Source: Minisyncoccota bacterium (lineage in GTDB: Bacteria > Patescibacteriota > Minisyncoccia > Phycocordibacterales > UBA6065). From it: DNA of 64,000 nt. Positions 1 through 9,710 of the stretch are shown here, piece after piece. The stretch is taken from NCBI GenBank assembly GCA_035546035.1, contig DASZXC010000008.1, positions 188,265-252,264 on the forward strand, in the 5' to 3' direction. The notes beneath the pieces were generated by a model that was given only the letters and a program-made list of their open reading frames with translations, had not been told where the DNA came from and did no database searches. A program made the position numbers and the translations under genes. Each line of letters begins with the position of its first letter. Within the stretch, counting starts at the first letter, position 1.

Positions 1-1091
1 GAAACGCCTGCGTGCTCGAAATATTCTATGAATGATTCGAAATGCTGGGTCGCGAGTATCTCCGTCGGGGCCATGTATGCGACCTGGAGGGCGCCGTAGT
101 CTTTGCCGTTAGGCCTGGTCATGATCGCGGCATACGCTGTCGTAGCAGCGACAGCCGTCTTGCCCGAGCCCACGTCGCCTTCAAGGAGGCGCGACATGGC
201 ATGCCCCTTTTTAAAATCGTTCATGATGTCCGCGACCGACCGCGACTGAGCATCGGTGAACGGAAAAGGGAATCGAGACACGAATTTCTGCATCAGCTCC
301 TGCTTCGGCTCGATGACGAATGCGAGATTCTTCTGCCACGCCTTTCGTTCGCGCTGGCGCTCGAGCTGGATAAAGAATACCTCTTCGAATGCGAAGCGCT
401 TTCGTGCCGCGGCCGCGTCATCGGCATTTTGCGGAGCATGGATCCATACGAGGGCGGTCGTCAGAGAGGGGAGATTGTATTTTTTGAGGATGTCTTCGGG
501 CAAAGGATCGGCGAGCGTATCGAGGATGCCGCTTTTAAAGACAGCCTGGATCTTATGATATATCCAGTCAGACGAAACGCCGCGCGATTCGGGGTATACG
601 GGGTATAACGTGCGCGCGCCGCCGTCTTTTCCAAAAAGAGAATCACCGACAGCCGTCGGAAGCTCGGACACCTGCTCTATCTTCGGATTCGAGAGATATA
701 AGTCGCCGTCTGTCGCGCCTGACCGCGCGCGTCTTTGAGAGACCTTTCCTTCGATGCGGACCATCGCTCCGTCAGGGATCATTTTGGCAAGGTACGGCTG
801 ATTGAACCAGACGGCTTTGATCGAGCCCGAACCGTCGTCTATGATGCCGTCAGCCATGGCGATCTTGGTACGGAAGCCTTTCGATGTCTTCAGTTTCGAT
901 ATCGTGCCGAAGATGACGGCCGCATCGCCTTTGCGGAGGCTCTCGATATTGCGCGATTCAGCCGTATCGCCATATCTGACGGGGAAGTGGCAGAGGAGAT
1001 CTTCAATGGTCTTTATTCCAAGACGCTTGAGGGCCGCTTTGACGGGACCCTGCAATCGGAACTGCTCTTCCAGGATATGGCTCAAATTCAC
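1..1091 (-). CDS. recG: ATP-dependent DNA helicase RecG, N-terminal part (runs off window)
   Basis: Manual translation from GTG at 1091: MNLSHILEEQFRL...LKRLGIKTIEDLLCHFPVRY...AVWFNQPYL...RFAFEEVFFIQL, typical of the RecG wedge domain. Not in the ORF track because it is truncated. Confidence 0.9.
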   Translation of the reverse strand, partial: MNLSHILEEQFRLQGPVKAALKRLGIKTIEDLLCHFPVRYGDTAESRNIESLRKGDAAVIFGTISKLKTSKGFRTKIAMADGIIDDGSGSIKAVWFNQPYLAKMIPDGAMVRIEGKVSQRRARSGATDGDLYLSNPKIEQVSELPTAVGDSLFGKDGGARTLYPVYPESRGVSSDWIYHKIQAVFKSGILDTLADPLPEDILKKYNLPSLTTALVWIHAPQNADDAAAARKRFAFEEVFFIQLERQRERKAWQKNLAFVIEPKQELMQKFVSRFPFPFTDAQSRSVADIMNDFKKGHAMSRLLEGDVGSGKTAVAATTAYAAIMTRPNGKDYGALQVAYMAPTEILATQHFESFIEYFEHAGV

Positions 1092-1165
1092 GGGGTAATT
1101 GTATATGCGCGGAGCATTAAACAAAAGAGCCGCTGTGCGGCTCTTTTGCCCTGTCCGGAATCAAT

Positions 1166-1408
1166 CTAGTAGACGTTCACCGATCCGTTGGCGCTCGTTC
1201 CTGAAGCAGCTCCCGGACACTGCGCAAACTCGCAGTTGGGACCGGTTCGACCGACAGAGCTGCCGTCGGGGCAGAGCTTGGCGTCCATGGTGCAGAAGAC
1301 CTGTTCCTGCGTATTACTGGGACGCGTGGTCGCATAATAGGCCCAGATCCCTCCGCCTATGATGAGCGCCGCCACTATCGTTATTATCGCTGTTTTCATA
1401 TCGTTCAT
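1166..1408 (-). CDS. Small membrane-anchored Cys-rich protein
   Basis: N-terminal TM helix plus CTMDAKLCPDGSSVGRTGPNCEFAQCP motif of a kind common in CPR proteins. Confidence 0.75.
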   Translation of the reverse strand: MNDMKTAIITIVAALIIGGGIWAYYATTRPSNTQEQVFCTMDAKLCPDGSSVGRTGPNCEFAQCPGAASGTSANGSVNVY

Positions 1409-1409
1409 A

Positions 1410-2243
1410 TTACGCTTCGTATCCGCTTTTTGTTTTCTTCATGAAGCCTTCGCGGACGAGGGCGGCGATATTTTTCTCTATGTCATGAGGCGTGTCACCG
1501 ATTTTTGTCGCGATATATTTTTTTATATCGACCTTGGTCCGGGCTCCGCCGAGTACGAATCGCACGATAGCGGCGCGGATTTCGCGGTTGGAGCCTTTGA
1601 ACGCAGACTGCTTGACGTGATGCTTGCTCCGGCGAGAAGGGTTTGGAAGCGTCTGTTTGAGGTGCGCGCCATAATCCATGAGGGCATAATACCAAGAGCG
1701 AGGATCTTTTCGGTCCAGGGTTTCTTCTATGAGAGGCAATATCTTTGCGTCAGGCACCTTCTTTTTATCTTTAAAAAAGCAATGAAGAAAGACGGCGCGG
1801 ATGTTTGTCTCTATGAATACGCTCGGAATGCCATACGCGAATGCGAGGATAGCACCGCGGGTAGACTGGCCTATGCCGGGGAGTGATTCCAATTCGTCTG
1901 CACCGCGCGGAAATGCGCCGTTATGGTCGCGGACGACGGATTCGGCCGCGCGCTTCAGGAGAAGCGCGCGGCGATTGTATCCTAGGCCTTGCCATGCACG
2001 CAGGACCTGCGCCGCCGTCGCTCCGGCGAGCGCTTCCGCATCGGGAAACTCCTTCAGGAACTCGTCGTATCTCTTCAGGACCCGCGATACCTGGGTCTGC
2101 TGGAGCATCATTTCGGAGACGAATATCCGATACGGGTCGCGGAAGCCGTTCGAATCGGCAGGCAGGTCTCTCCACGGCAGATCGTGCCTGCCGCTCTTCC
2201 TGAAATAATCCATAACTAGCGATTTAAACCTTTGCCTATCCAT
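1410..2243 (-). CDS. mutY: A/G-specific adenine glycosylase (HhH-GPD)
   Basis: RHDLPWR, VSEMMLQQTQVSRV, WQGLGYNRRA, LPGIG motifs; no Fe-S cysteines. Confidence 0.9.
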   Translation of the reverse strand: MDRQRFKSLVMDYFRKSGRHDLPWRDLPADSNGFRDPYRIFVSEMMLQQTQVSRVLKRYDEFLKEFPDAEALAGATAAQVLRAWQGLGYNRRALLLKRAAESVVRDHNGAFPRGADELESLPGIGQSTRGAILAFAYGIPSVFIETNIRAVFLHCFFKDKKKVPDAKILPLIEETLDRKDPRSWYYALMDYGAHLKQTLPNPSRRSKHHVKQSAFKGSNREIRAAIVRFVLGGARTKVDIKKYIATKIGDTPHDIEKNIAALVREGFMKKTKSGYEA

Positions 2244-2281
2244 GTTCGTACTATATCATTAGAGGGTTTCTTCAAAACGAT

Positions 2282-3067
2282 ATGATCAAAGTAAACAACC
2301 TTATAAAGAAATTCGGGGACTTCACCGCCGTGGACGGCATATCATTCGATGTGGCTGCGGGGGAGATCTTCGCGTTTCTCGGCCCGAACGGCGCAGGCAA
2401 GTCCACGACCATTAAGATACTGACGACGCTCCTTCATCCGACGTCCGGCGATGTCGCTATAAACGGCCATGACCCGGTCCATCATCCGGATTCCGCCCGC
2501 CGATCCTTCGGCATCGTGTTCCAGGACCCGTCTACCGATGACGATCTCACCGCATGGGAGAACATGGATCTCCATGGCGTCCTCTATGACGTTCCCGACG
2601 ATATCCGCCGCAAGCGCATCGAAGAGCTCCTCAAGCTTGTCGACCTCTATGACCGCAAGGACAGCCCGGTAAAGGAGTTCTCCGGCGGCATGAAGCGCAG
2701 GCTCGAGATCGCCCGCGGCTTCCTCCATCATCCGAAGATCATATTCCTCGACGAGCCGACGCTCGGTCTCGATCCCCAGACGCGCAACCATATGTGGGAA
2801 TACCTGCGCCAGCTCAACAAGAACGAGGGCACCACGATCTTCTTCACCACCCATTATATGGAAGAAGCCGACCGCGCGGCCCAGAGGATCGCGGTTATAG
2901 ACCACGGCAAGATTATCGCCACAGGCACATCCGATGACCTCAAGAGCCAGACCAACTCAAAATCGCTCGAAGACGCGTTCCTCGCCCTCACCGGAAAGAC
3001 CATCCGCGAGCAGGGCGCCGACAATATGGCGTATGCGGCGATGCGAAGCATGAGAAGAGGACGCTAA
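2282..3067 (+). CDS. ABC exporter ATP-binding subunit (DrrA-like)
   Basis: GPNGAGKST, FSGGMKRR, IFLDEPT, TTHYM. Confidence 0.95.
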   Translation: MIKVNNLIKKFGDFTAVDGISFDVAAGEIFAFLGPNGAGKSTTIKILTTLLHPTSGDVAINGHDPVHHPDSARRSFGIVFQDPSTDDDLTAWENMDLHGVLYDVPDDIRRKRIEELLKLVDLYDRKDSPVKEFSGGMKRRLEIARGFLHHPKIIFLDEPTLGLDPQTRNHMWEYLRQLNKNEGTTIFFTTHYMEEADRAAQRIAVIDHGKIIATGTSDDLKSQTNSKSLEDAFLALTGKTIREQGADNMAYAAMRSMRRGR

Positions 3068-3078
3068 ACGGAAATACA

Positions 3079-3825
3079 ATGAAAAAGATATACATACTTT
3101 GGCTCCGACAGGTTAAAAAATATTTCCGCTCGAAATCGCGCATCGCCGGGTCGCTTTTCCAGCCGATCCTCTACATGCTCGCGATGGGATACGGCCTCGG
3201 CTCGGTGTTCCAGCAGGCAGGACAGGGCAATTACATCGAATTCCTCGTTCCCGGCATCGTGGGCATGAATATCATATTCACGAGCATGTTCTCCGGCATG
3301 GAAGTGATCTGGGACCGTCAGTTCGGCTTCCTGAAAGAGACGCTCGTCGCGCCGATGTCGCGATTCAATATCATGCTCGGCAGGACGCTCGGCTCCGCGA
3401 CCATCGCGGCGGGGCAGGGGCTCGTCGTGCTCCTTTTGGCGACGCTTCTCGGCTTCCGCCTCGAAAATTGGCTCATGATCGTCCCGGCATTCCTCATCAT
3501 GTTCGTCATATCCCTTCTCTTCACGTCGCTCTCGACCATGATCGGTTCGGTACTGAAAGATATGCAGGGATTCCAAGCCGTCATGAACTTCCTCATCATG
3601 CCGCTATTCCTTCTGTCGGGCGCGATGTTCCCGCTGACCAATCTGCCGAAGCTGCTCCAGTTCGCTACCAATATCGACCCGCTCTCGTACGGCATCGACG
3701 CTATGCGCGCCGTGCTTATCGATCAAGGGCATTTCAGTCTGACCCTCTCCGCTTCAGTCCTCTCTGTGCTCGCTGTCGCATTCTTGTTCCTGGGCGCTCA
3801 TTATTTCAAGAAGATAGAGATATAG
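3079..3825 (+). CDS. ABC-2 type permease (DrrB-like)
   Basis: Multi-TM protein with DRQFGFLKE and DPLSYGIDAMR; follows the ATPase. Confidence 0.92.
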   Translation: MKKIYILWLRQVKKYFRSKSRIAGSLFQPILYMLAMGYGLGSVFQQAGQGNYIEFLVPGIVGMNIIFTSMFSGMEVIWDRQFGFLKETLVAPMSRFNIMLGRTLGSATIAAGQGLVVLLLATLLGFRLENWLMIVPAFLIMFVISLLFTSLSTMIGSVLKDMQGFQAVMNFLIMPLFLLSGAMFPLTNLPKLLQFATNIDPLSYGIDAMRAVLIDQGHFSLTLSASVLSVLAVAFLFLGAHYFKKIEI

Positions 3826-3860
3826 GAAAGAGAGCGCCGGTATGGTATCGTCTCTTTTAC

Positions 3861-3949
3861 GGAGACGTGGCTGAGTGGTCGAAAGCGGCACCGTGCTAAG
3901 GTGTTAACCGGGTAAAACTGGTTCCAGGGTTCGAATCCCTGCGTCTCCG
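3861..3949 (+). tRNA. tRNA-Ser(GCT)
   Basis: GGAGACG/CGTCTCC acceptor stem, anticodon loop GTGCTAA, long variable arm, GGTTCGAATCC T arm; CCA not fully encoded. Confidence 0.95.
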
Positions 3950-4020
3950 CATTGACAACTTAGTATCGGCATGACCTAATATCTTTTGATAGAAGGGCGA
4001 CCCGAGTGCTCGGTTGGAAG

Positions 4021-4052
4021 ACAAAAAGAGCGGATCAGTCCGCTCTTTTTGT
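4021..4052. terminator. Intrinsic terminator after tRNA-Ser
   Basis: ACAAAAAGAGCGGA-TCAG-TCCGCTCTTTTTGT inverted repeat. Confidence 0.75.
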
Positions 4053-4068
4053 TTGCTATACTTTTCAC

Positions 4069-5091
4069 ATGATTACCATCTCTCGCCCAACACCAGAAGA
4101 CGCAGAAGGCATGAATGAGGTCATCAAGCTCTCGTGGTATGCGACCTACGTCACTCCCGAGATAGGTGTCACAAAAGAAGATATCGACCTCATGTATGCG
4201 AAAAGCGAGAAGGGTCAGATGGAAGCGTTCCGCCGCCGAGCCGGACTCTCGAAGAATGACGACATCACGCTCGTCGCAAAGGGCGGCGAGAAGGTTATTG
4301 GCATCATCCGTCTCGTTGATTTTCCCGATCACATTCGGGTAAGAACACTCTATGTGCATCCTCTGCATGTAGGAAAAGGAATCGGGACAAAATTATGGAA
4401 TGAGGCCATCAGACTGATGCCTTCCTACAAGCCCGTGATCACGTATCCTGCCGAGCACACCAAATCAGTCGATTGGTACAAGAAGATGGGTTTTGTCGAG
4501 ACGGGCGAAAAGCTTGTGGGCCAAGAATCAATGGAGAAAAGCGCCGCGAGACTGGTCGGGATAAAAATGATATTTAAGCGGACAATAGAAAGGATCCTGG
4601 TCATGGGAAGGTCGGGATCAGGAAAGTCGATATTGGCTGGAAGGCTCGGAGAGAAATTCGGCCTGCCCGTCTTTCATATGGATAGACTGTTCTGGCTCCC
4701 TGGCTGGGTCGAGCGTCCGAAGACAGAGATGGCTATCGATGTCGAGAAGATATTGGTAGATAACAAAGGCTGGGTCATCGATGGCAATTACAGGCGCGTC
4801 GCTCTGGAGTCCCGCATTCGCGCCGCTGACCTCATCATCATTCTCGACTTCGGTTTCCTCGTATCGATCTGGAGAGTGCTGAAAAGGAACATCATCCATT
4901 GGAACAAGACGAGGCCAGACATGCAGGACGACTGCGTCGAGAGGTTCAACTTCGAGTTCGTGAAATACATCTGGACGTACCCGGAGAGGACGCTTCGGCC
5001 TATTGAGAATGATCTGTCACGCTTCCCGGAGAAGACCGTGTTGAGGTTCAATAGCCAGCGTGCGCTCGATAGGTGGATGAAGAGTTTATAG
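4069..5091 (+). CDS. GNAT acetyltransferase fused to a P-loop kinase (FlaR/adenylate-kinase-like)
   Basis: LYVHPLHVGKGIGTKL acetyl-CoA motif, then GRSGSGKS and WVIDGNY; ATG 4069 follows TGnTATACT. Confidence 0.8.
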   Translation: MITISRPTPEDAEGMNEVIKLSWYATYVTPEIGVTKEDIDLMYAKSEKGQMEAFRRRAGLSKNDDITLVAKGGEKVIGIIRLVDFPDHIRVRTLYVHPLHVGKGIGTKLWNEAIRLMPSYKPVITYPAEHTKSVDWYKKMGFVETGEKLVGQESMEKSAARLVGIKMIFKRTIERILVMGRSGSGKSILAGRLGEKFGLPVFHMDRLFWLPGWVERPKTEMAIDVEKILVDNKGWVIDGNYRRVALESRIRAADLIIILDFGFLVSIWRVLKRNIIHWNKTRPDMQDDCVERFNFEFVKYIWTYPERTLRPIENDLSRFPEKTVLRFNSQRALDRWMKSL

Positions 5092-5115
5092 CACCCATTG
5101 GGCTATAATGGCCCC

Positions 5116-6294
5116 ATGATCAAAGTCGGTCAAAAAGACAGCCTCCTTATTCTGACCTATTCCCCGAGGGCACCTTGGGTTTTGAGTGGGTTTGAGAGAG
5201 CTGATGAAGTCTCCATAAAAAATGGGATTTTCACATTCTTTAAAAGTGACTTGTATTCGCCTGATCGCATAGATGAGGACGAAAGCGAGGTCGAGTTCGT
5301 CATTGGCCGCACGGAGGGCGACTACTTCAAAATCGAGCCGAGAATCCTGGGTATTAAACAGAGGATCTATATCCATAAAAGTATGGATATAACCGACCGC
5401 TTCTTCGTGGTCGCGAGCGATATTTCCATTTTCAAGAAAATAGCGGAGGTCGTCAGCGAGGACATATACATCGGCGGAGACGCGCCGACCTCGTTACCCG
5501 AGAGCGAGTTCCGAAAGCTCCTCAAAGATTTTCCCAATCCTTATGAGGTCAAGAAATACGTTCATGCCCGCATCGGTTCGGTCCTGAGCAACTATTACGA
5601 CTCCGCCTCGGACGTAGAGGAGAAATACGACCGCTACATGAACAAGCGCAAGAGCGTGAAGAGCGAAGACCTCCTGGAGGAGTTCAAGCAAGACGAGCTC
5701 GTAAAATACCAGACGTTGCTCGATAGGCTTCAAGTGATGCTCGAGCGCGAGACCGCCTATAACGAGAAGCAGTGGCAGAACGAGATCCTCGACATCATCC
5801 TGCTCCTCTATCCGAAATACCTCTTCGCGTTCAAGGAGGCTCCTGTGCGGGACGCTTACAACGAGAAAGACAGGCAGCTCGATTTCCTCCTCGTCGACGC
5901 GAACGGGAGCATTGATATCGTCGAGATAAAGCGGCCGCTCGGCAAGCAGATAATCACCCAGGGCAAGTATCGCGATAACCACATACCCCTTCGTGATCTG
6001 TCGGGCACGGTGATGCAGATCGAGAAGTATATCTTTCACCTTAACAAATCAGGCAAGAAGGGTGAAGAAAAGCTGACCGAGAAATACAAGGATAAGCTTC
6101 CGAAGGATTTCAAGATCAAGATCATAAACCCGTGCGGCATGATCATCATGGGCAGGGACAATGACCTGTCGACGGCCCAGAAGGAGGATCTCGAGGTCGT
6201 GAAGAGGAAATATAAGAGCGTGATCGATATCATCACGTACGACGACCTTTTGAGGCGTCTGAAAGCGATGATCGCCGCCATTAAAAAGCGTTAG
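5116..6294 (+). CDS. sduA: Shedu anti-phage nuclease (DUF4263)
   Basis: C-terminal DFLL...IVEIKRP...LSGTVMQIEKY...IIMGR...IITYDDL pattern. Confidence 0.85.
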   Translation: MIKVGQKDSLLILTYSPRAPWVLSGFERADEVSIKNGIFTFFKSDLYSPDRIDEDESEVEFVIGRTEGDYFKIEPRILGIKQRIYIHKSMDITDRFFVVASDISIFKKIAEVVSEDIYIGGDAPTSLPESEFRKLLKDFPNPYEVKKYVHARIGSVLSNYYDSASDVEEKYDRYMNKRKSVKSEDLLEEFKQDELVKYQTLLDRLQVMLERETAYNEKQWQNEILDIILLLYPKYLFAFKEAPVRDAYNEKDRQLDFLLVDANGSIDIVEIKRPLGKQIITQGKYRDNHIPLRDLSGTVMQIEKYIFHLNKSGKKGEEKLTEKYKDKLPKDFKIKIINPCGMIIMGRDNDLSTAQKEDLEVVKRKYKSVIDIITYDDLLRRLKAMIAAIKKR

Positions 6295-6326
6295 CAATTA
6301 CGTTTCGGTCAAGTTATAGTTATTCC

Positions 6327-6938
6327 ATGATCTGGATCGTAATCGCCGCCGCCGTCGTCTGGTGGATATATAAGCAGCGCAACACGCCTAAACAAGCGCA
6401 GGTGGTAGAGGACGTTCCCTTGTTAAAAGATGAAGGGATAAGCGAAGAAGCCGTACTTCAGGCGCAGACGAGCTTTGAGAAGAATCTCGAAGACACTTTT
6501 CTGCCCGATGCCATCACACGAAGGGATCTGTATATCTATCGCAAGCTCATGCGGGTCTGGTTCGCGAAGCTCGCAGGAGAGAACCGATTCGACGAGACGA
6601 TGACGCAAAAACTGAGGAGAGACTGGCTCGATTACATGTACGCGTTGCGAGACGCCAAGACGTCACACTACCTCTCGATGGAGACGTACGGCGAAGACAA
6701 GGAGAGGTCGGATTCGTACGACCAGGAAAGCACGATCGCTCACAGAAAAGCGTTCGCTATCGAGGACGGCTTTGCTTTTGCCGTAGGAAAAGAGGCGGTC
6801 GCTGAACTTGCCCGTATACGCGCCCTCGAATTTAGCGAGATAAGCAGAGACGGGGAACTCGCCCCGGATGGCATGGAGTTCGATTTCGAAGACAAGCCCC
6901 GCCGTAAGAAGAAAGCGAAGCCGTCTAAGATGGTCTAG
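6327..6938 (+). CDS. Hypothetical protein with N-terminal membrane anchor
   Basis: 203-aa ORF with TATAGT 6 nt upstream of ATG. Confidence 0.7.
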   Translation: MIWIVIAAAVVWWIYKQRNTPKQAQVVEDVPLLKDEGISEEAVLQAQTSFEKNLEDTFLPDAITRRDLYIYRKLMRVWFAKLAGENRFDETMTQKLRRDWLDYMYALRDAKTSHYLSMETYGEDKERSDSYDQESTIAHRKAFAIEDGFAFAVGKEAVAELARIRALEFSEISRDGELAPDGMEFDFEDKPRRKKKAKPSKMV

Positions 6939-6941
6939 CTC

Positions 6942-7409
6942 CTATTGCCTGATAAATTCGGTTAGGAGCACAACATATTTTTCCTGAAGTTCTTTCGATA
7001 CCAGATCCTCTGATAATTTTGTTGGCACCGCTTCTGTTTTTATGAGATCCGTGCACTTGTCAAAATAGAACCCCGCAGGCGTCGCTATAAATATCCACGC
7101 GAGCTTCCACCTGTCACAGATAGCCTGAGCGTTCTTTTGGATGTCGTCCATATCGACCCTTGATCGATACTTCACTTCGACGAGTGATACCTCTTTCGGC
7201 TCGTGCGACACGAGGGCGAAGTCGGGAGCATTCCGTATATTATCGAGGATGCTCCTGTCGAGGCCTTTGGTGTATTGCATGAGCTCTGGCACGACGGACT
7301 CATAGCCGAAAGGGATGACCGTATACTCTCCGGCTTCGCGGAACATCTGGTCGAACACGAGCTCGGCGATCTTGCCCTTGATGAGCTGCTTTGAGAAGTC
7401 TTTTTGCAT
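6942..7409 (-). CDS. Putative PD-(D/E)XK nuclease
   Basis: KGKIAE...PDFALV...VEVKYRS; ATG 7409 preceded by TACAAT at 6 nt. Confidence 0.65.
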   Translation of the reverse strand: MQKDFSKQLIKGKIAELVFDQMFREAGEYTVIPFGYESVVPELMQYTKGLDRSILDNIRNAPDFALVSHEPKEVSLVEVKYRSRVDMDDIQKNAQAICDRWKLAWIFIATPAGFYFDKCTDLIKTEAVPTKLSEDLVSKELQEKYVVLLTEFIRQ

Positions 7410-7479
7410 GGAATCATTGTATCGCTTAATGTCGGGATCGGATACCGAATCTTTGACGCGGGCATAACCACAAACAACC

Positions 7480-8613
7480 ATGAAAACAATGCTCTCATAC
7501 GCAGAATATCAGCGAAAAATAAGGTCCATCCGCACTCCCGAAGATGCCAAAGCGTTCGCCGAGGAACTCATTGCACCGGCAGAGGCAGTCGAAGAAAAGC
7601 CTCCTGTAGCGGTCGCGATCGAGCCTAAGCGCCCTGAACCGATCCAAGTCGAAGCACCTCGGAGGGAAAAGGATGTCGACGTGGCATCGACTCCCTGGTA
7701 TGACATCGCAGGAAACGACAACGAGGCAATGGTCATTACACTATACGCCAAAGGCCTCACGACCCGCGACATCTCAAGCTACATGAAACTCCATCATGGA
7801 GCGGACATCTCACAGCCAGGAATATCAGCCATAACCGACAAGGTGTTTCCACTGGTCAAAGAGTGGCAATCCCGCCCGCTCTCATCCTGCTATCCCGTCG
7901 TATACATGGACGGGCTCCACTTCAAGGTACGAGAGGCGGGAAAGATATCGTCCAAGGTTGCATACATCGCTCTCGGCATCAACCAGTACGGGTACAGGGA
8001 GATCCTTGGTATATGGATCTCCGAGAGCGAGGGCTCAAAGTTCTGGCTCCACGTCATGAACGACATGAAGAACAGGGGCGTAGAGGATGTCATATTCGCC
8101 TGTATCGACGGCTTAAGGGGCTTTCCGGAGGCCGTGAAGGCAGTATTCCCCGAGACGGACGTACAAGTATGCATTGTCCATCAGATACGCCATACCATCA
8201 TGTTCATTCCTTTCAAAGATCGAGAGGAATTCTGCGCCGATCTCAAAGAGGTGTATACAGCTCCGAGCGAGGAAGCAGGAATGCAGGCACTCAAAGACAT
8301 GATGTCGAGGTGGCCCCGCTATGCCATGTATCTCAAATCTTGGGAGCAGAAGTGGCACGATCTCGCGCCCTTCTTCAGCTTCCCTGAAGCCATCCGCCGC
8401 ATCATATACACTACGAACACGATAGAGAATCTCAATCGGCAGTTTAGGAAGGTGACGAAGACCACGACGGTCTTCCCGCATGACGATGCACTACTCAAGC
8501 TCCTCTGGCTCGCCCAGGCCGACATCACGCAGAACTGGACTTTAGCTACGAGAAACTGGGCCGAAGTGATGGCCCAGCTCTCGATCCTTTATCCCGACCG
8601 CATCCGCATCTAA
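7480..8613 (+). CDS. IS256-family (Mutator) transposase with atypical N-terminus
   Basis: YMDGL, IDGLRGF, CIVHQIR, YTTNTIE motifs (DDE). Confidence 0.9.
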   Translation: MKTMLSYAEYQRKIRSIRTPEDAKAFAEELIAPAEAVEEKPPVAVAIEPKRPEPIQVEAPRREKDVDVASTPWYDIAGNDNEAMVITLYAKGLTTRDISSYMKLHHGADISQPGISAITDKVFPLVKEWQSRPLSSCYPVVYMDGLHFKVREAGKISSKVAYIALGINQYGYREILGIWISESEGSKFWLHVMNDMKNRGVEDVIFACIDGLRGFPEAVKAVFPETDVQVCIVHQIRHTIMFIPFKDREEFCADLKEVYTAPSEEAGMQALKDMMSRWPRYAMYLKSWEQKWHDLAPFFSFPEAIRRIIYTTNTIENLNRQFRKVTKTTTVFPHDDALLKLLWLAQADITQNWTLATRNWAEVMAQLSILYPDRIRI

Positions 8614-8648
8614 AGATTAACACATAGCCCGCGGCAAACTCGGTATCT

Positions 8649-8672
8649 GCAAAGGCCGCATGCGGCCTTTGC
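8649..8672. terminator. Palindrome between convergent genes, probable terminator
   Basis: GCAAAGGCCGCATGCGGCCTTTGC. Confidence 0.6.
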
Positions 8673-8690
8673 TAGTCTGGGTGAGGTCGA

Positions 8691-9662
8691 TTAATTTTCT
8701 AAAACACTCCTTCTGTCCGCAAGGTATTTTTGGATATTGGAAACCATTTCGGTTCTTCCTTTCTTGTGAGAGTACGGGAGCTTCATGGTTGCATTGATCA
8801 AAACTGCAGCCTGAAGCGCTTTCGCGTTATACGGTTCACCTCCAAAATATCCCTCGATCAGTTGCTCTATCTGCGAGGCCGCTTGTCCTGTGGCAAGCAT
8901 GACGATGCTTCGTCCTAAATCTAGGTATCCGTTATTAAAACGTGGATTCGGATCGAACACGGTGATCGGGTCCGTGTCAAAAATGTTCGATGTTCCGAAA
9001 TCGTCGTGGCAAAAACTACTGCGATTTTCCGACTCGACGTGAGCGGTCATTATTTCGTACGCAGTCGACAATGATCCGTGCTCCGTACCGAGCAGCTTGT
9101 GCTCTTTCACGTAATCGACGCGTTTCTTCATGTCTGGCCCGTTGATCCAGTCGCTGAATCGGGAATATTCCGCCTTGCCGTCCACGACGCCGCCAAAGCC
9201 TTCCGCTTTCGGCGCATGCATTGTTCTCAGTGTCTTTCCGAGGTCGACATATATTTTCTTCTTAAGCGACTCTTCCGGGCTGTACCTGCCAGTGATCACT
9301 GGCGCGTCGATGTATTCCATGAGGATGTAGGAGAGCTCGCCAAACGAGCCTTCCTCATATACGCGAGGCACTTTCACCCCTGCGTTCTCCCATGTCTTAA
9401 GGAAGAGGCCTTCGCCCTTTGAGAAAGCCAGGCTTAGAGGCACCTTGAGGATGAGTTTCTCATCGTTCGTTTCGATTTTAGCCACGAGAGAGCCCGCGCC
9501 TTTCTCGATAAAGTAGATACTCACGTCCTTGCCTTTGAAGAGATCGTGCTTCGAGACGTACTCTTCTATCATTGGGACAAGGCCCGTCCGACGGTCGTTG
9601 AACTTTCTGTCCACGTCGTGTAGAGAGAGTTCGGGTTTGTTAAGGAGGGTCACGTTTGGCAT
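8691..9662 (-). CDS. Aminoglycoside phosphotransferase/choline kinase family protein
   Basis: LILKVP, ILMEYI, HDDFGTSNI, VFDP, DLG. Confidence 0.8.
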   Translation of the reverse strand: MPNVTLLNKPELSLHDVDRKFNDRRTGLVPMIEEYVSKHDLFKGKDVSIYFIEKGAGSLVAKIETNDEKLILKVPLSLAFSKGEGLFLKTWENAGVKVPRVYEEGSFGELSYILMEYIDAPVITGRYSPEESLKKKIYVDLGKTLRTMHAPKAEGFGGVVDGKAEYSRFSDWINGPDMKKRVDYVKEHKLLGTEHGSLSTAYEIMTAHVESENRSSFCHDDFGTSNIFDTDPITVFDPNPRFNNGYLDLGRSIVMLATGQAASQIEQLIEGYFGGEPYNAKALQAAVLINATMKLPYSHKKGRTEMVSNIQKYLADRRSVLEN

Positions 9663-9710
9663 TGGTGTAATTATATCAGGATTTCACATCCCGATTCTTA
9701 ATTCACGGTC

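Noticed and set aside
42-1169. Plus-strand ORFs 42-608 and 735-1169
   Set aside because: Antisense shadows of recG
3920-3951. tRNA-Ser 3' end as att site of the island
   Set aside because: No duplicate of the 3' end noticed in the window (by eye), and no tyrosine integrase present
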